Shown here: one piece after another, positions 1 to 7,950 of the stretch | How positions within the stretch are numbered: position 1 is the first letter of the stretch | Layout of the letters: every line of letters starts with the position of its first letter | Source of the DNA: Kribbella sp. | GTDB lineage: Bacteria > Actinomycetota > Actinomycetes > Propionibacteriales > Kribbellaceae | Direction: 5' to 3' | DNA: 64,000 bases | Assembly (NCBI RefSeq): GCF_035687465.1 | Contig: NZ_DASRXP010000631.1 | Coordinates: 1,114 to 65,113, forward strand | Translations under genes and position numbers: made by a program | Notes under the pieces: model-generated | The model's input: the letters and a program-made list of their open reading frames with translations, nothing else | Databases searched by the model: none | What the model was told of the DNA's origin: nothing

Positions 1-573
1 CACCAGCGCGAAGTCACCACCGCCTCCACGCAGCGCCCAGAACAGGTCCGGATCGGACTCGGCGGTCACCCTTGATTGGTTGCCGTCAGCATCGACAATC
101 TCGAGGGCCGTCACACTGTCCGCCGCCCGGCCGTACTTGCGGCTGAACCAGGACAAACCACCGCCGAGTGAGAAGCCGGCCACGCTGACTCCTGGTGCAC
201 TACCGGCCAACCCGGTCAGTCCGTGCTTGCCGGCTTCCTCCAGAACCCTCCCCCAGTTCGAGCCGGCGCCGACCCGGACCGAGCGTCGGTCCGGGTCGAC
301 CTCCACACTGTCCAATCGCTTCGTGCGGACCAGGATCAGGCCGTCGACATTGCCGCTCGCTCCGTGGCCCCTGGGCTGGACAGCCAGCCCGATGCCCGCC
401 TGGCGGGCAAAGTCGACGAGGGTCGCGGCGTCGTCAGCATCGGCGATCTCGACGACTGCCGCCACTGGCTGGGCGACGGTCGTGTTCCAGGCCTTGGTCT
501 CGTCGTCGAACCCGGCCTCGCCGGGCAGCCACACCTGCCCTCTGACAGCCTGCCGCAGATCAGTGTTCCCCAT
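1..573 (-). CDS. FAD-binding oxidoreductase (PCMH-type FAD_binding_4 fold), N-terminal part; the gene runs off the window start
   Basis: Absent from the ORF track because there is no stop in the window. Reverse-strand translation from ATG 573-571 reads MGNTDLRQAVRGQVWLPGEAGFDDETKAWN...VQPRGHGASGN...GAGSNWGRVLEEAGKHGL...GGGLSWFSRKYG...LFWALRGGGGDFALV, which is typical of VAO/BBE-like flavoenzymes. Confidence 0.8.
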   Translation of the reverse strand, partial: MGNTDLRQAVRGQVWLPGEAGFDDETKAWNTTVAQPVAAVVEIADADDAATLVDFARQAGIGLAVQPRGHGASGNVDGLILVRTKRLDSVEVDPDRRSVRVGAGSNWGRVLEEAGKHGLTGLAGSAPGVSVAGFSLGGGLSWFSRKYGRAADSVTALEIVDADGNQSRVTAESDPDLFWALRGGGGDFALV

Positions 574-656
574 CTCTTCCTCCTGGCTCGGGACACGGCC
601 GACGGATGCCGGCCATCCCTCACCTGACGAAGCAGACCGCGGAAACGTGACCTCGG

Positions 657-1601
657 TCAGGGGGCGAGGGCTCGGGCTGTCTCCAGGAGGTCGGTGCCGG
701 TGGGGAGGGTGGCGATGATCGGGGTGTCGAGGCCGTTGGTGAGGTAGTCGTTGATCTGGGCACGGCAGTCGGCGGCTGTGCCGTGGACGATCAGGTCGTC
801 GATCACTGATACCGGGACGGCGGCCATGGCGGCATTGCGGTCGCCGGCGGCCCAGGCGTCGCGCATCTCCTTCAGGGCTTCGCCGCGGCCGAGCCAATCG
901 TGGAAGGCGGCGTAGCCGGGGACCGTCAGGTAGGTCGCGATCAGGAAGCGGCCGATATTGCGGGCCATCTCGGCGTCCTCGGTGACGCAGACGAAGATCC
1001 TCGCGGCCAGCTCCTTCTCGTCGCCGAGTTCGGCGCGAACCTGCCGGACATCGGAGGCGGAGAGCCAGTTGGTGATCGCGCCGTCCGCCTCTCGCGCGGC
1101 CAGTCGCAGCATCTGCGGCCGGAGCGCCGCGAGCATGATCGCCGGCGGGATGTCAGGCGCCTTCTCCAGGCGGAACCGGTTGATCGTGAAGCTGTCGAAC
1201 GTCCCGTCGACCTTCTCCCCGGCGAGTGCCTGGCGCAGGAAACGCAGTACGTCGCGGGTGCGGGCCAGTGGCGGGTCGTAGGCGATGCCGTTCCAGCCGG
1301 TGACGATGGTCTCCGACGAGGCGCCGATACCGAGCACGAACCGCCCGGGCGCGAGGTCCGCGAGCGCCGCCGCACTCATCGCGAGCGCCGCCGGCCCCCG
1401 CGTGTGCACCGGTACTACGGCCGTCCCCAGGCGAAGCTGGTCATCCCATTCGGAGGCGAGCACCAACGGTGTGAAGGCGTCAGCACCGGCCACCTCGGCC
1501 GACCACAGATCCGTGTAACCCAGCGAGGCGAGCTCCTGAACGAGCCCTCGGTGGTCCCGCAGCGGAACCCCGGTGAGCGGAACTGTCAGACCCCAGCGCA
1601 T
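657..1601 (-). CDS. LLM-class (luciferase-like) F420-dependent oxidoreductase
   Basis: ORF 657..1670. The likely true start is the internal ATG at 1601-1599 (MRWGLTVPLTG...), which overlaps the upstream stop as TGATG. Motifs LGYTDLWSAE, LGTAVVPV and GIGAS are typical of the family. Confidence 0.8.
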   Translation of the reverse strand: MRWGLTVPLTGVPLRDHRGLVQELASLGYTDLWSAEVAGADAFTPLVLASEWDDQLRLGTAVVPVHTRGPAALAMSAAALADLAPGRFVLGIGASSETIVTGWNGIAYDPPLARTRDVLRFLRQALAGEKVDGTFDSFTINRFRLEKAPDIPPAIMLAALRPQMLRLAAREADGAITNWLSASDVRQVRAELGDEKELAARIFVCVTEDAEMARNIGRFLIATYLTVPGYAAFHDWLGRGEALKEMRDAWAAGDRNAAMAAVPVSVIDDLIVHGTAADCRAQINDYLTNGLDTPIIATLPTGTDLLETARALAP

Positions 1602-2350
1602 CAGACCATCCTCTTCAGCAGCGGCAGTGGTGCGTACCGCATCACTCTGGCCAGCGGCACCCACGGCCACCTGGGAACGTACGCCTTCGCCTTCTCGGCC
1701 TCGATCGCGGCCACCATCGCACGGACACCGGGCACGGTGTCGGCTATCAGCGGCGTGTTCGCCACGTCCTCGTTCAGCTCCGTCCGGATGTAGCCCGGGT
1801 AGATCGCGCTCACCTTGATCGGTTTGCCCAGCAACTCCAGCTGCAGACCTTCCGCGAGGGACGCGACAGCGGCCTTCGTCGCGGCGTACGTGGTCACCGC
1901 CTTCGGCAGACCGCGGAGCCCCGCGATCGACGAGATGAGCACCAGATGTCCCGCGTTCCGCGCCCGGAACAGCTCCATCGCGGCTTCGGCCTGGGCGAGT
2001 GCGGCGACGAAGTTCGTCATCGCGGTCTCCAGGTTCGCGTCGAACCGGCCGCTGCCGAGCGGGGCGCCCTTGCCGATGCCGGCGTTCACGATCACGCGGT
2101 CGAGCCCGCCGTCCAGTTCGGTGTCAGCCAGCCGGAACACCTCGAACACCTGCTCGTGGTCGGTCACATCCAGCGGATGCGTGATGACGGTGATCCCCGG
2201 GTGCCTGGCGGTCAGTTCGTCCTGCAGCGCCTTCAGCCGGTCCTCGCGGCGGGCGGTCAGCGCCAGGTTGTGGCCCTTGGCAGCGAACTGCCTCGCCATC
2301 TCCTCGCCGAGCCCGGCACTCGCCCCGGTGATCAGGATGTTGCGTCGCAT
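1601..2350 (-). CDS. SDR-family NAD(P)-dependent oxidoreductase
   Basis: ORF 1601..2491, trimmed to ATG 2350-2348. The N-terminus MRRNILITGASAGLGEE carries the TGxxxGxG Rossmann motif, followed by NAGIG and a YxxxK-type region (YAATKAAV). Confidence 0.85.
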   Translation of the reverse strand: MRRNILITGASAGLGEEMARQFAAKGHNLALTARREDRLKALQDELTARHPGITVITHPLDVTDHEQVFEVFRLADTELDGGLDRVIVNAGIGKGAPLGSGRFDANLETAMTNFVAALAQAEAAMELFRARNAGHLVLISSIAGLRGLPKAVTTYAATKAAVASLAEGLQLELLGKPIKVSAIYPGYIRTELNEDVANTPLIADTVPGVRAMVAAIEAEKAKAYVPRWPWVPLARVMRYAPLPLLKRMV

Positions 2351-2358
2351 GGAGAGTC

Positions 2359-3042
2359 CTATCTGTACGACAGCAGGTCGGTGCCGTCCAGGTGCGCGTG
2401 GTCGTTGAAGCTGATCAGCGTCAATCCACTGCGGCCTGACACGAGCTTGGTGATGCCGGTGTTGATGGTGACAGGGTTGAGCTTGAGCCACAGGTCGTCG
2501 CCGCCGGACAGCAACCTGCTGACCACGGCCGCGATCGGACCACCCGACGTGAACACCACGGCGGTTTCCCCCTTGCCCAGCCGAGCCGCAGTACGCCGTA
2601 CTGCGTCTTCGGACCGGCCGGCGAAATCCGCGAAGCTCTCGGAGTACCCGTCACCGTCGCTGCGTGTCCACCGTTCGGTCGCCTCGCCGAACATCTCCTG
2701 GAACGCCCGGGTCGGATGACCGGTCCGGGCCAGATCGGCCAGCAGGACTGCACGACGCTTGTACGCCGGTTTGTACGCCACGATCACCTGGTCGTGGTCG
2801 AACTCGTTGAACCCCTCATCGACCGCCACTTCCGAAGGCAGCCCGGCGGTCTCCAACGCGATGCTCGCCGTCCGGGCATGCCGCTGCATGGCCCCGGCGA
2901 CAACGACGTCAGGCTTTACCTCGCGGGTGGTTAGGGCCTCGCCCAGCCGGACGGACTGGCGTTCGCCGAGCGCGGAGAGCCGGTCGTAGTCGCCGTGGCC
3001 GAAGGAGGCCTGCGCGTGCCGGACCAGATAGATCGCTCCCAC
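2359..3042 (-). CDS. Histidine phosphatase family protein (phosphoglycerate mutase-like)
   Basis: The N-terminus GAIYLVRHAQASFG contains the RHG-type catalytic motif. The GTG start at 3042 abuts the upstream stop at 3043-3045. Confidence 0.85.
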   Translation of the reverse strand: MGAIYLVRHAQASFGHGDYDRLSALGERQSVRLGEALTTREVKPDVVVAGAMQRHARTASIALETAGLPSEVAVDEGFNEFDHDQVIVAYKPAYKRRAVLLADLARTGHPTRAFQEMFGEATERWTRSDGDGYSESFADFAGRSEDAVRRTAARLGKGETAVVFTSGGPIAAVVSRLLSGGDDLWLKLNPVTINTGITKLVSGRSGLTLISFNDHAHLDGTDLLSYR

Positions 3043-4119
3043 TCAGCGGCCGATGATCCGGCGGCAGCGCCGCTCGAGCAGGTTGACGGGCAGCCAGAGG
3101 TTCTTGAAGCGGGGATTGTGGGTCTGCTTGTGGTGATAGCGGTAGTAGATCTGCTGGCAGATCACGGCGAGCTTGAACAAACCGAAGACCTCGTAGAACT
3201 TCCAGTTCGCCGGCTCGAGCCCTGTTTTCTCGCAGTAGTAGCGGACGATCTCGTCCCGGCTGATCATGCCCGGCAGATCGGACGGCTGCAGCCGGAACCG
3301 CCGGAACGCCCAGTCGTCGTCGGCCTGGACCCAGTAGGCGAGCGCACTGCCCAGGTCCATCAGCGGATCGCCGAGCGTCGCGAGCTCCCAGTCGAGGACG
3401 CCGACCACGTCGAGCGGGTTCTCCGGCCCGAGCACCACGTTGTCGAGCCGGAAGTCGTTGTGGATCACGCACGTCCGGACGTCGGGCGGCCGGTTCGCCT
3501 CCAGCCAGGCCATCACCTTGTCGAAGCTCGGCACGTTCCAGGTCTTCGCCTTGCCGTAGCGGCCGGACCAGCCGAATACCTGGCGTTCGACGTACCCGTC
3601 ACCACGGCCGAGATCGGCGAGACCGGCCTCGGCGGGGTCGACCTGATGGAGGTCGATCAGGGTGTCGATCAAGGCGTAGCAGAGCTCACGGGTCTGCTCG
3701 GGCGTCAGGTCGACGCCGAGCTCGGAGCGTCGCGGGATGGTGCCGGCGATCCGCTCCATCACGTAGAACTCGGAGCCGAGTACAGCCTCGTCATTGCAGT
3801 AGGCAACCATCTTCGGGACGTGCGGGAAGACCGGTGCGAGCTGTGCCTGGATCTTGTACTCGCGGCCCATGTCGTGCGCGCTCTTCGCCTTCGTCCCGAC
3901 CGGCGGTCGGCGCAGAATCAGATCGTGATCCGAGTAGCGCAGCAGATAGGTCAGGTTGGACGCCCCGCCAGAGAACTGCTGAACCTCAGGCAACCCCTCA
4001 GGCACCACACTCTGCGTCCTCAACCACGCATCCACAGCACCCACGTCAAAGGCATCCTCCTCCCGAACCCCCCGCGCCCCGTCCACCGCGCCGGTCTTCG
4101 CGCGCTCGCCTTCGCCCAT
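3043..4119 (-). CDS. Phosphotransferase family protein (aminoglycoside-phosphotransferase/APH fold; ACAD10/11- or LvaA-like kinase)
   Basis: GGASNLTYLLR nucleotide-loop region, IHNDFRLDNVV catalytic loop and VLDWE motif. The start is ATG 4119 or GTG 4122; both overlap the upstream SDR stop. Confidence 0.85.
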   Translation of the reverse strand: MGEGERAKTGAVDGARGVREEDAFDVGAVDAWLRTQSVVPEGLPEVQQFSGGASNLTYLLRYSDHDLILRRPPVGTKAKSAHDMGREYKIQAQLAPVFPHVPKMVAYCNDEAVLGSEFYVMERIAGTIPRRSELGVDLTPEQTRELCYALIDTLIDLHQVDPAEAGLADLGRGDGYVERQVFGWSGRYGKAKTWNVPSFDKVMAWLEANRPPDVRTCVIHNDFRLDNVVLGPENPLDVVGVLDWELATLGDPLMDLGSALAYWVQADDDWAFRRFRLQPSDLPGMISRDEIVRYYCEKTGLEPANWKFYEVFGLFKLAVICQQIYYRYHHKQTHNPRFKNLWLPVNLLERRCRRIIGR

Positions 4120-4934
4120 CACCGCTCGCCGGCCACCCGACTCTGCTCTGCCGCAGTCGCGTCGGCGCGCTCGCGGGCGCGGGCTGCGATCTTGCGCATT
4201 TGGCGGTCGTAGAGTGGGCGGGCGAAGCGTTTGGTGCGCCAGGCAAGGAGTGCAGGACGGTCCGGGATGATCAGGAACTGCTTCTTCTTGATCCCGGCGA
4301 GTACGCCGATGGCGACGTCGTCCGCGGTCCGGGGCGACTTCTCGATCAGCCTGCGCGCGGTCGCACCCATGTCCGTGTCATCGCCCTGGATCGAGTCCGC
4401 CAGATTGGTCCGGAAGAACGACGGGCAGACGACCGACACGCTCACGCCGTACGGGTGTAACTCGTGCGACAGCGTCTCCGACAGCGCGACCACGCCGGCC
4501 TTGACCGTGTTGTACGAGCTCATCATCGGCGGGTGCACCAGCCCGGCCGCCGACGCGGTATTGACGATGTGCCCGGACCGCTGCGCCTTGAACATCGGCG
4601 TGAACGCGCGGCATCCCCGCACCACCCCCATCAGGTTGATGTCGACGACCCGGTCCCACTCGTCCAGCGACTCGACCTCGATCCGCCCACCGGTGGCGAT
4701 CCCGGCGTTGTTCACCAGGATGTCGAGCCCGCCCCAGTTCTCCGCGCACCAGGCGACCGCCGCCGCCCAGTCATCGACACTCCTGACGTTCAACTGCCGG
4801 TACTGCGTGCCGTCGGGCCCGGGTGACTCCGCCGCGACGTCGGTCCGTAGTACCTGGTGGCCATCGGCAACGAACCGGTCGACCAGAGCGGCACCGAGTC
4901 CGCTGGCCGCACCGGTGACGAGAACCTTGCTCAC
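4119..4934 (-). CDS. SDR-family NAD(P)-dependent oxidoreductase
   Basis: ORF 4119..5651 is over-extended. The GTG at 4934 gives VSKVLVTGAASGLGAAL (Rossmann motif), then NNAG and YNTVKAGV (YxxxK). It overlaps the ACAD stop as GTGA. Confidence 0.85.
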   Translation of the reverse strand: MSKVLVTGAASGLGAALVDRFVADGHQVLRTDVAAESPGPDGTQYRQLNVRSVDDWAAAVAWCAENWGGLDILVNNAGIATGGRIEVESLDEWDRVVDINLMGVVRGCRAFTPMFKAQRSGHIVNTASAAGLVHPPMMSSYNTVKAGVVALSETLSHELHPYGVSVSVVCPSFFRTNLADSIQGDDTDMGATARRLIEKSPRTADDVAIGVLAGIKKKQFLIIPDRPALLAWRTKRFARPLYDRQMRKIAARARERADATAAEQSRVAGER

Positions 4935-6163
4935 TTCGACTCCTGGGTGTACTTGGCGAGCTCGATCTTGGCGACCACTCCACGGTGCACCTCGTCCGGC
5001 CCGTCCGCCAGCCGCAGGGCCCGGGCACCTGTCCAGGCCGCGGCCAGCGGGTAGTCGTCGGACAGCCCGCCACCGCCGTGCAACTGGATCGCCATGTCGA
5101 TCACATCCTGCGCCATCCGCGGCACCGCCACCTTGATCTGGCTCACCTCGCTCAGCGCGCCGGCCAGGCCCTTGGTGTCCAGCAGGTAGGCCGTCTGCAG
5201 GACCAGCAACCGGGCTTGGTTGATCGCGATCCGGGCGTCGGCGATCCGCTCGCGGTTGCCGCCGAGGTTGACCAGCGGCTTGCCGAACGCGGTCCTGCTG
5301 GTGCCGCGCTGCAGGGCCAACTCGAGCGACTTCTCCGCGAGGCCGATCAGGCGCATGCAGTGGTGCACGCGACCCGGTCCGAGCCTGCCCTGCGCGATCT
5401 CGAAGGCGCGACCGGGTCCGACCAGGATGTTCGAGGCAGGGACCCGGACGTCGGTGAAGCTGACCTCCCCGTGCCCGTGCGGCTGGTCGTACTGGTTCAT
5501 CGCGGAGAGCATCCGCTCGACCTTGACGCCGGGGGTACTGCGCGGGACCAGGACCATGGTGTGGCGCGCGTACCGATGGGCTTCGGGGTCGGTGAGGCCC
5601 ATGAAGATGAGCAGTTCGCAGTCCGGGTGGCCGACGCCGGTGCTCCACCACTTTCTGCCGTTCAGGACGACCTCGTCACCGTCGACGATCGCGGTGGCGG
5701 CCATGTTGGTGGCGTCCGACGAGGCGACGTCGGGCTCGGTCATGCAGAAGGCGGAGCGGATCGTGCCGTCCAGCAGGGGTTCCAGCCAGCGCTGCTTCTG
5801 CTCGGCATCGCCGTAGCGGAGCAGCACCTCCATGTTGCCGGTGTCGGGCGCGTTGCAGTTGAACACGTACGGCGCGATGAAGGACCGGCCGGTCAGCTCG
5901 GCGATCGGCGCGTAGTCGAGGTTGGACAGCCCCTCGCCGTACTGCTCGTTGCCGTGCTCGGCAGGTGGCAGGAAGAGATTCCACAGACCGGCCTTCCGGG
6001 CCTTGGCCTGCAGTTCCTTGAAGGCGGGCTGCGGCTGCCAAGGATCCTCGGCCGCGCGAGTGGCGGCGTGGATCTCGGGCTCGACCGGCTCGATCTCGGT
6101 CCGGAGGAACTCCTCGACCTGCGCGATCAACTCCTGCGCCCTGGCGGACGGCTCGAACCCCAT
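4931..6163 (-). CDS. Acyl-CoA dehydrogenase family protein (ACAD10/11-type C-terminal module)
   Basis: 410 aa. The translation reads CMTEPDVASSDATN, WWSTGVGHPD and a C-terminal ...ADGPDEVHRGVVAK, which is typical of the ACAD fold. Confidence 0.9.
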   Translation of the reverse strand: MGFEPSARAQELIAQVEEFLRTEIEPVEPEIHAATRAAEDPWQPQPAFKELQAKARKAGLWNLFLPPAEHGNEQYGEGLSNLDYAPIAELTGRSFIAPYVFNCNAPDTGNMEVLLRYGDAEQKQRWLEPLLDGTIRSAFCMTEPDVASSDATNMAATAIVDGDEVVLNGRKWWSTGVGHPDCELLIFMGLTDPEAHRYARHTMVLVPRSTPGVKVERMLSAMNQYDQPHGHGEVSFTDVRVPASNILVGPGRAFEIAQGRLGPGRVHHCMRLIGLAEKSLELALQRGTSRTAFGKPLVNLGGNRERIADARIAINQARLLVLQTAYLLDTKGLAGALSEVSQIKVAVPRMAQDVIDMAIQLHGGGGLSDDYPLAAAWTGARALRLADGPDEVHRGVVAKIELAKYTQESK

Positions 6164-6173
6164 TAGCTCGCTC

Positions 6174-6222
6174 CTAACGCTCGACTTCCCTTGACGTTAG
6201 CGCAGTTACTGAGCAATGCTCA
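6174..6222. promoter_or_regulatory. Candidate TetR operator region in the divergent ACAD/TetR intergenic
   Basis: Inverted repeat CTAACG (6174-6179) / CGTTAG (6195-6200). There is also a perfect 6-1-6 palindrome TGAGCAATGCTCA (6210-6222) centred on the TetR start codon. Confidence 0.3.
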
Positions 6223-6815
6223 ATAGCATGCGTCAGAGGCTCCCCGCCGAGGATCGGCGCCGGCAGTTGGTCGGCATCGGGCTGATGATGCTGCGGAACC
6301 GCCCGATCCACGAGCTGTCGATCGACGCCGTCGCGGAGGAGGCCGGGATCTCGCGGGGACTGTTGTTCCACTACTTCCCGACCAAGCGGGACTTCTACAT
6401 CGCGGTGATCAGTGCCGCCGGGCGGCGATTGTTGCGGGTGACGAAGCCAGATCCGACGCTGCCGCCGGACGAGCAACTCCGGCAGATGCTGCTCGCGTTC
6501 GTCGCCTTCGTCAGCCGCCGACGCGACTCGTACATCTCGTTCGTTCGCGGCGCGGCAGGCGGGGACAACTACGTCGTCGAGGTGTACTCCGAGACGCGGG
6601 CCAGCCTGACTGCGCGGGTGCTCGATCTGCTGGGTGAGTCGACAGTCGACCAACCAGCCTCCCCGGTCCGACTCACTGTCCACGCGTGGTTGGCCTACGT
6701 GGAGGACCTGGCGATCGAATGGTCAGGTCTGCCGGTGGACGATCGGCCGTCGTCTCCTGAGGAGCTGGTCGACCACTCGATCGCCGCATTGACGACCCTC
6801 CGCAGGCTCAGCTGA
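6216..6815 (+). CDS. TetR/AcrR family transcriptional regulator
   Basis: HTH region ELSIDAVAEEAGISRGLLFHYFPTKRDFY. Divergent from the ACAD operon. Confidence 0.85.
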   Translation: MLNSMRQRLPAEDRRRQLVGIGLMMLRNRPIHELSIDAVAEEAGISRGLLFHYFPTKRDFYIAVISAAGRRLLRVTKPDPTLPPDEQLRQMLLAFVAFVSRRRDSYISFVRGAAGGDNYVVEVYSETRASLTARVLDLLGESTVDQPASPVRLTVHAWLAYVEDLAIEWSGLPVDDRPSSPEELVDHSIAALTTLRRLS

Positions 6816-7818
6816 CGGACGCCGTCGAGCCGCGGACTATGAGTTCGGTGGCTAGTTCTATGTGAAGGGCCTCGAGGTCGTGGCGGTCCAGCAGACGGGT
6901 GAGCAGGCTTACTGCCATTCGGCCCATCTCCTGCAAAGGCTGGCGCACTGTGGTGAGTGCCGGTGAAGTCGCGCGGCTCACGTCGATGTCGTCGAAGCCG
7001 GCGATGGACAGATCCGTTGGGACCGCGAGGCCGCGCTCAGCGGCCGCCTGCAACGCGCCGACTGCGGCCTTGTCGTTAAAGGCGACCAGAGCCGTCGGGC
7101 GCTGAGGAAGATCCAGCAGCTCGGCCGCCGCGCGATAACCCTGCTCCGTGGTTGGTTCGACGTACCGGACCACGCTGGGGTCAGGGAGGATGCCGCCGTC
7201 GGCGAGCGCGGCGGCGTGCCCACTCAGTCTGGCGTCGCTGGCCAGCCACTCCCGTGGTCCGGCGATCACTCCGATGCGGCGGTGTCCGAGCTCGACCAGA
7301 TGGGCGGAGACCTGGCGGGCGCCGGAGAAGTGCGCAGCTGAGACGGACGCGATGTCCCGGGGCAGGGCGGTCCGCGGATCGACCACCACCAAGGGGAAGC
7401 GGCGGGCTCGCAGCCGGACGAGTTCGTCGCTCGACTCCGGCGGCAGGATCAGGATCGCGCCGCCGATCGCCGGGTCGCCGGCCACCCGCGACAGCACCTG
7501 GGTGTGCTGAGCGGCCTCGCCCGCGCTCAGGATCAACTGCCGGCCATGGCGATCGAGGGTCTCGGCGATCGAGGACACGATCAGGCCGAAGTAGTCCGTC
7601 AGCACGTACGGGCAGCGCACGTAGACCGCCCCCGCCGCGGGTTTCGGGAGGCCGCCGCGCGGGCCGGGAGCGAGAGTGCCGAGGCGCTCGACCGCCTGCT
7701 CGACGAGCTCGCGCGTCTGCGGCGCCACGTTGCCGGCCTGGTTCAGCACCCGGGAGACCGTCGCGATCGAGACGCCGGTCTCCGCCGCGAGGTCCCGGAC
7801 GGTGACTCGCCTAGGCAT
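6808..7818 (-). CDS. LacI family transcriptional regulator
   Basis: N-terminal HTH VTVRDLAAETGVSIATVSRVLN, followed by a periplasmic-binding-protein-like sugar-binding core. Confidence 0.9.
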   Translation of the reverse strand: MPRRVTVRDLAAETGVSIATVSRVLNQAGNVAPQTRELVEQAVERLGTLAPGPRGGLPKPAAGAVYVRCPYVLTDYFGLIVSSIAETLDRHGRQLILSAGEAAQHTQVLSRVAGDPAIGGAILILPPESSDELVRLRARRFPLVVVDPRTALPRDIASVSAAHFSGARQVSAHLVELGHRRIGVIAGPREWLASDARLSGHAAALADGGILPDPSVVRYVEPTTEQGYRAAAELLDLPQRPTALVAFNDKAAVGALQAAAERGLAVPTDLSIAGFDDIDVSRATSPALTTVRQPLQEMGRMAVSLLTRLLDRHDLEALHIELATELIVRGSTASVS

Positions 7819-7931
7819 TTGTTACACCTACTTGTTTCACGACCGGCAGCCTAGCTTCAGTCTTGACAGTTGACCAGAGCGGCGGTTTTCTGGCGATTGA
7901 TGTGTCGCACTTTGTTCCATTTGTTACATCC
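7816..7931. promoter_or_regulatory. Candidate LacI-regulated divergent promoter region with a repeated CATTTGTTACA motif
   Basis: The 11-bp direct repeat CATTTGTTACA occurs at 7816-7826, overlapping the LacI ATG. It recurs at 7918-7928, just upstream of the GH30 SD GAGGAG. TTGACA lies at 7863-7868. Confidence 0.3.
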
Positions 7932-7950
7932 CGCCTGGTGAGGAGCACGA

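Noticed and set aside
80-718. 212-aa plus-strand ORF and neighbours at the window start
   Set aside because: They lie antisense to the clearly FAD-binding-domain-encoding minus-strand frame (1-573) and the LLM gene end. The composition is Pro/Ser/Arg-rich.
4935-5651. N-terminal 240-aa extension of the SDR ORF (tracked as 4119..5651)
   Set aside because: The extension overlaps the acyl-CoA dehydrogenase in another frame and is Arg/Pro/Gly junk. The Rossmann motif begins right after the GTG at 4934.
7833-7841. TGTTTCACG half-match to parS in the LacI/GH30 intergenic
   Set aside because: Only the left half-site is present. The right half (ACCGGCA) does not complete the palindrome.
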